From the NCBI RefSeq assembly GCF_963676685.1, contig NC_092353.1, positions 48,980,001-49,044,000 on the forward strand: a DNA stretch of 64,000 nucleotides. The letters are read 5' to 3'. This document shows, one piece after another, positions 63,104-64,000 of the stretch; position 1 is the first letter of the stretch, and every line of letters begins with the position of its first letter. Source of the DNA: Mytilus edulis (lineage: Eukaryota). Under the pieces are notes generated by a model. The model had not been told where the DNA came from and did no database searches. It saw only the letters and a list, made by a program, of their open reading frames with translations. The position numbers and the translations under genes were made by a program.

Positions 63104-64000
63104 AATAAGATTGTCTTTGCATCTATTCATGACTAATGGCATTACTGACAAAGTAACAGAAATTTCCAAGCACTAACAAAACATTCGCATGATCCTTATA
63201 ACTAAATGTTAAAATAAATTTGCCAATAGCTAATAAGAAAAATTAAATTTTTAAAAGAGTACTTTAGTATGCAACTTACCGCTGCATCCAACCATGACTT
63301 TATCTATTGCTGAAAAAGTAGCAAGAATTTCCAAAGTGCACTCAGCCTCTTTGACATTCTGACTGTACATCAGGTATTATAACTGTAAAAAGAATACACA
63401 ATGAATTACTTGCGAATGTAAAGACTCATATGTCATAAATATTATAAATTTGATATCTACATAAAGAGAAATTATATTCACAACTAAATCAGCACATATG
63501 TGAATAAAATAATGATATTATTTATTTCATGTAACTTTGATTATTTCGGCGAGACAAAAGTTAAAATGGATGCCAAATGCATGTGATAAAAGTCAAATAT
63601 ATACCCCCAATCAATTTCTTAAATAAAATTTAAACGGAAGGTCGTATAACAAATGGCCACATTAGAAGGCCAAACACATCAAGCAAATGGAAAACAACTG
63701 TCATATTCAAGACCTGTGCCATGCATTTCCTAATGTAGAAAATGGTGAATTAAACCTGGTTAGCTAGTCAAAACTCTCACATATATGACAGTCGCTTAAA
63801 ATTATATTTTAGTTACAATAATTTGCGATTAAAACAAACAGACATACTAGTCACGAACCCTTTTATACAATGTCGCTTAGATATTTGGTTGATATCGAAT
63901 TTCTTGGCAATCAGTGTCAACAAAACATCCATTGTTTCATCTATAAAAACTTATAATAGTATTATTAAATTGACCTTGGCCAGCGAAAACATTAGTTAGA

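Larger units (their letters stand above)
56921..63382 (-). pseudogene. C-type lectin (perlucin-like CTLD) pseudogene; first exon upstream of 63382 not identified
   Basis: Exons 63382-63280 (ECQRG*VHFGNSCYFFS..KSWLDAA, with TGA at the conserved Trp and a 1-nt deletion), 61904-61784 (DCCRAYRSELASVETGAENDFI) and 57159-56921 (FWIGG..EGVWIW..TPDN..ENC..WNDDNC..FICE). Canonical AG/GT boundaries. Confidence 0.82.

Noticed and set aside
63342-63344. In-frame TGA in the lectin as selenocysteine
   Set aside because: It replaces the conserved Trp of C-x-x-G-W and is followed by a frameshift, so it is an ordinary nonsense mutation.

Overview
AT-rich, intron-containing animal genomic DNA. The repeat families and gene types resemble a bivalve mollusc (Mytilus-like); that is an inference. 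Host genes: (1) a + strand multi-exon type II membrane protein with a Tyr-motif cytoplasmic tail, one TM, 8 phase-1 EGF exons (one lacks its donor) produced by a ~4 kb tandem duplication, and a terminal CUB domain (1849-14705); (2) a paralogous + strand type II membrane protein with the same tail/TM exon, a Cys-rich stalk and a B30.2/SPRY-like terminal exon (26823-43652; the 14.5 kb intron join is inferred); (3) a - strand perlucin-like C-type lectin pseudogene (63382-56921). Mobile DNA: a 5'-truncated Naiad-type Penelope-like RT element with an in-frame UGA at a Cys-type position and a well-formed SECIS hairpin in its 3' UTR; a full-length but decayed ISL2EU/PHIS transposon (THAP-DDE plus SWIM-YqaJ, AT TSD), probably nested in a TTAA-flanked element; a loopless foldback MITE; minimal hammerhead ribozymes; a Helentron-like satellite-bearing element; an L1/Tx1-like LINE fragment; and many short dispersed repeats that share one hairpin motif. 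All calls were read by eye and no searches were run.
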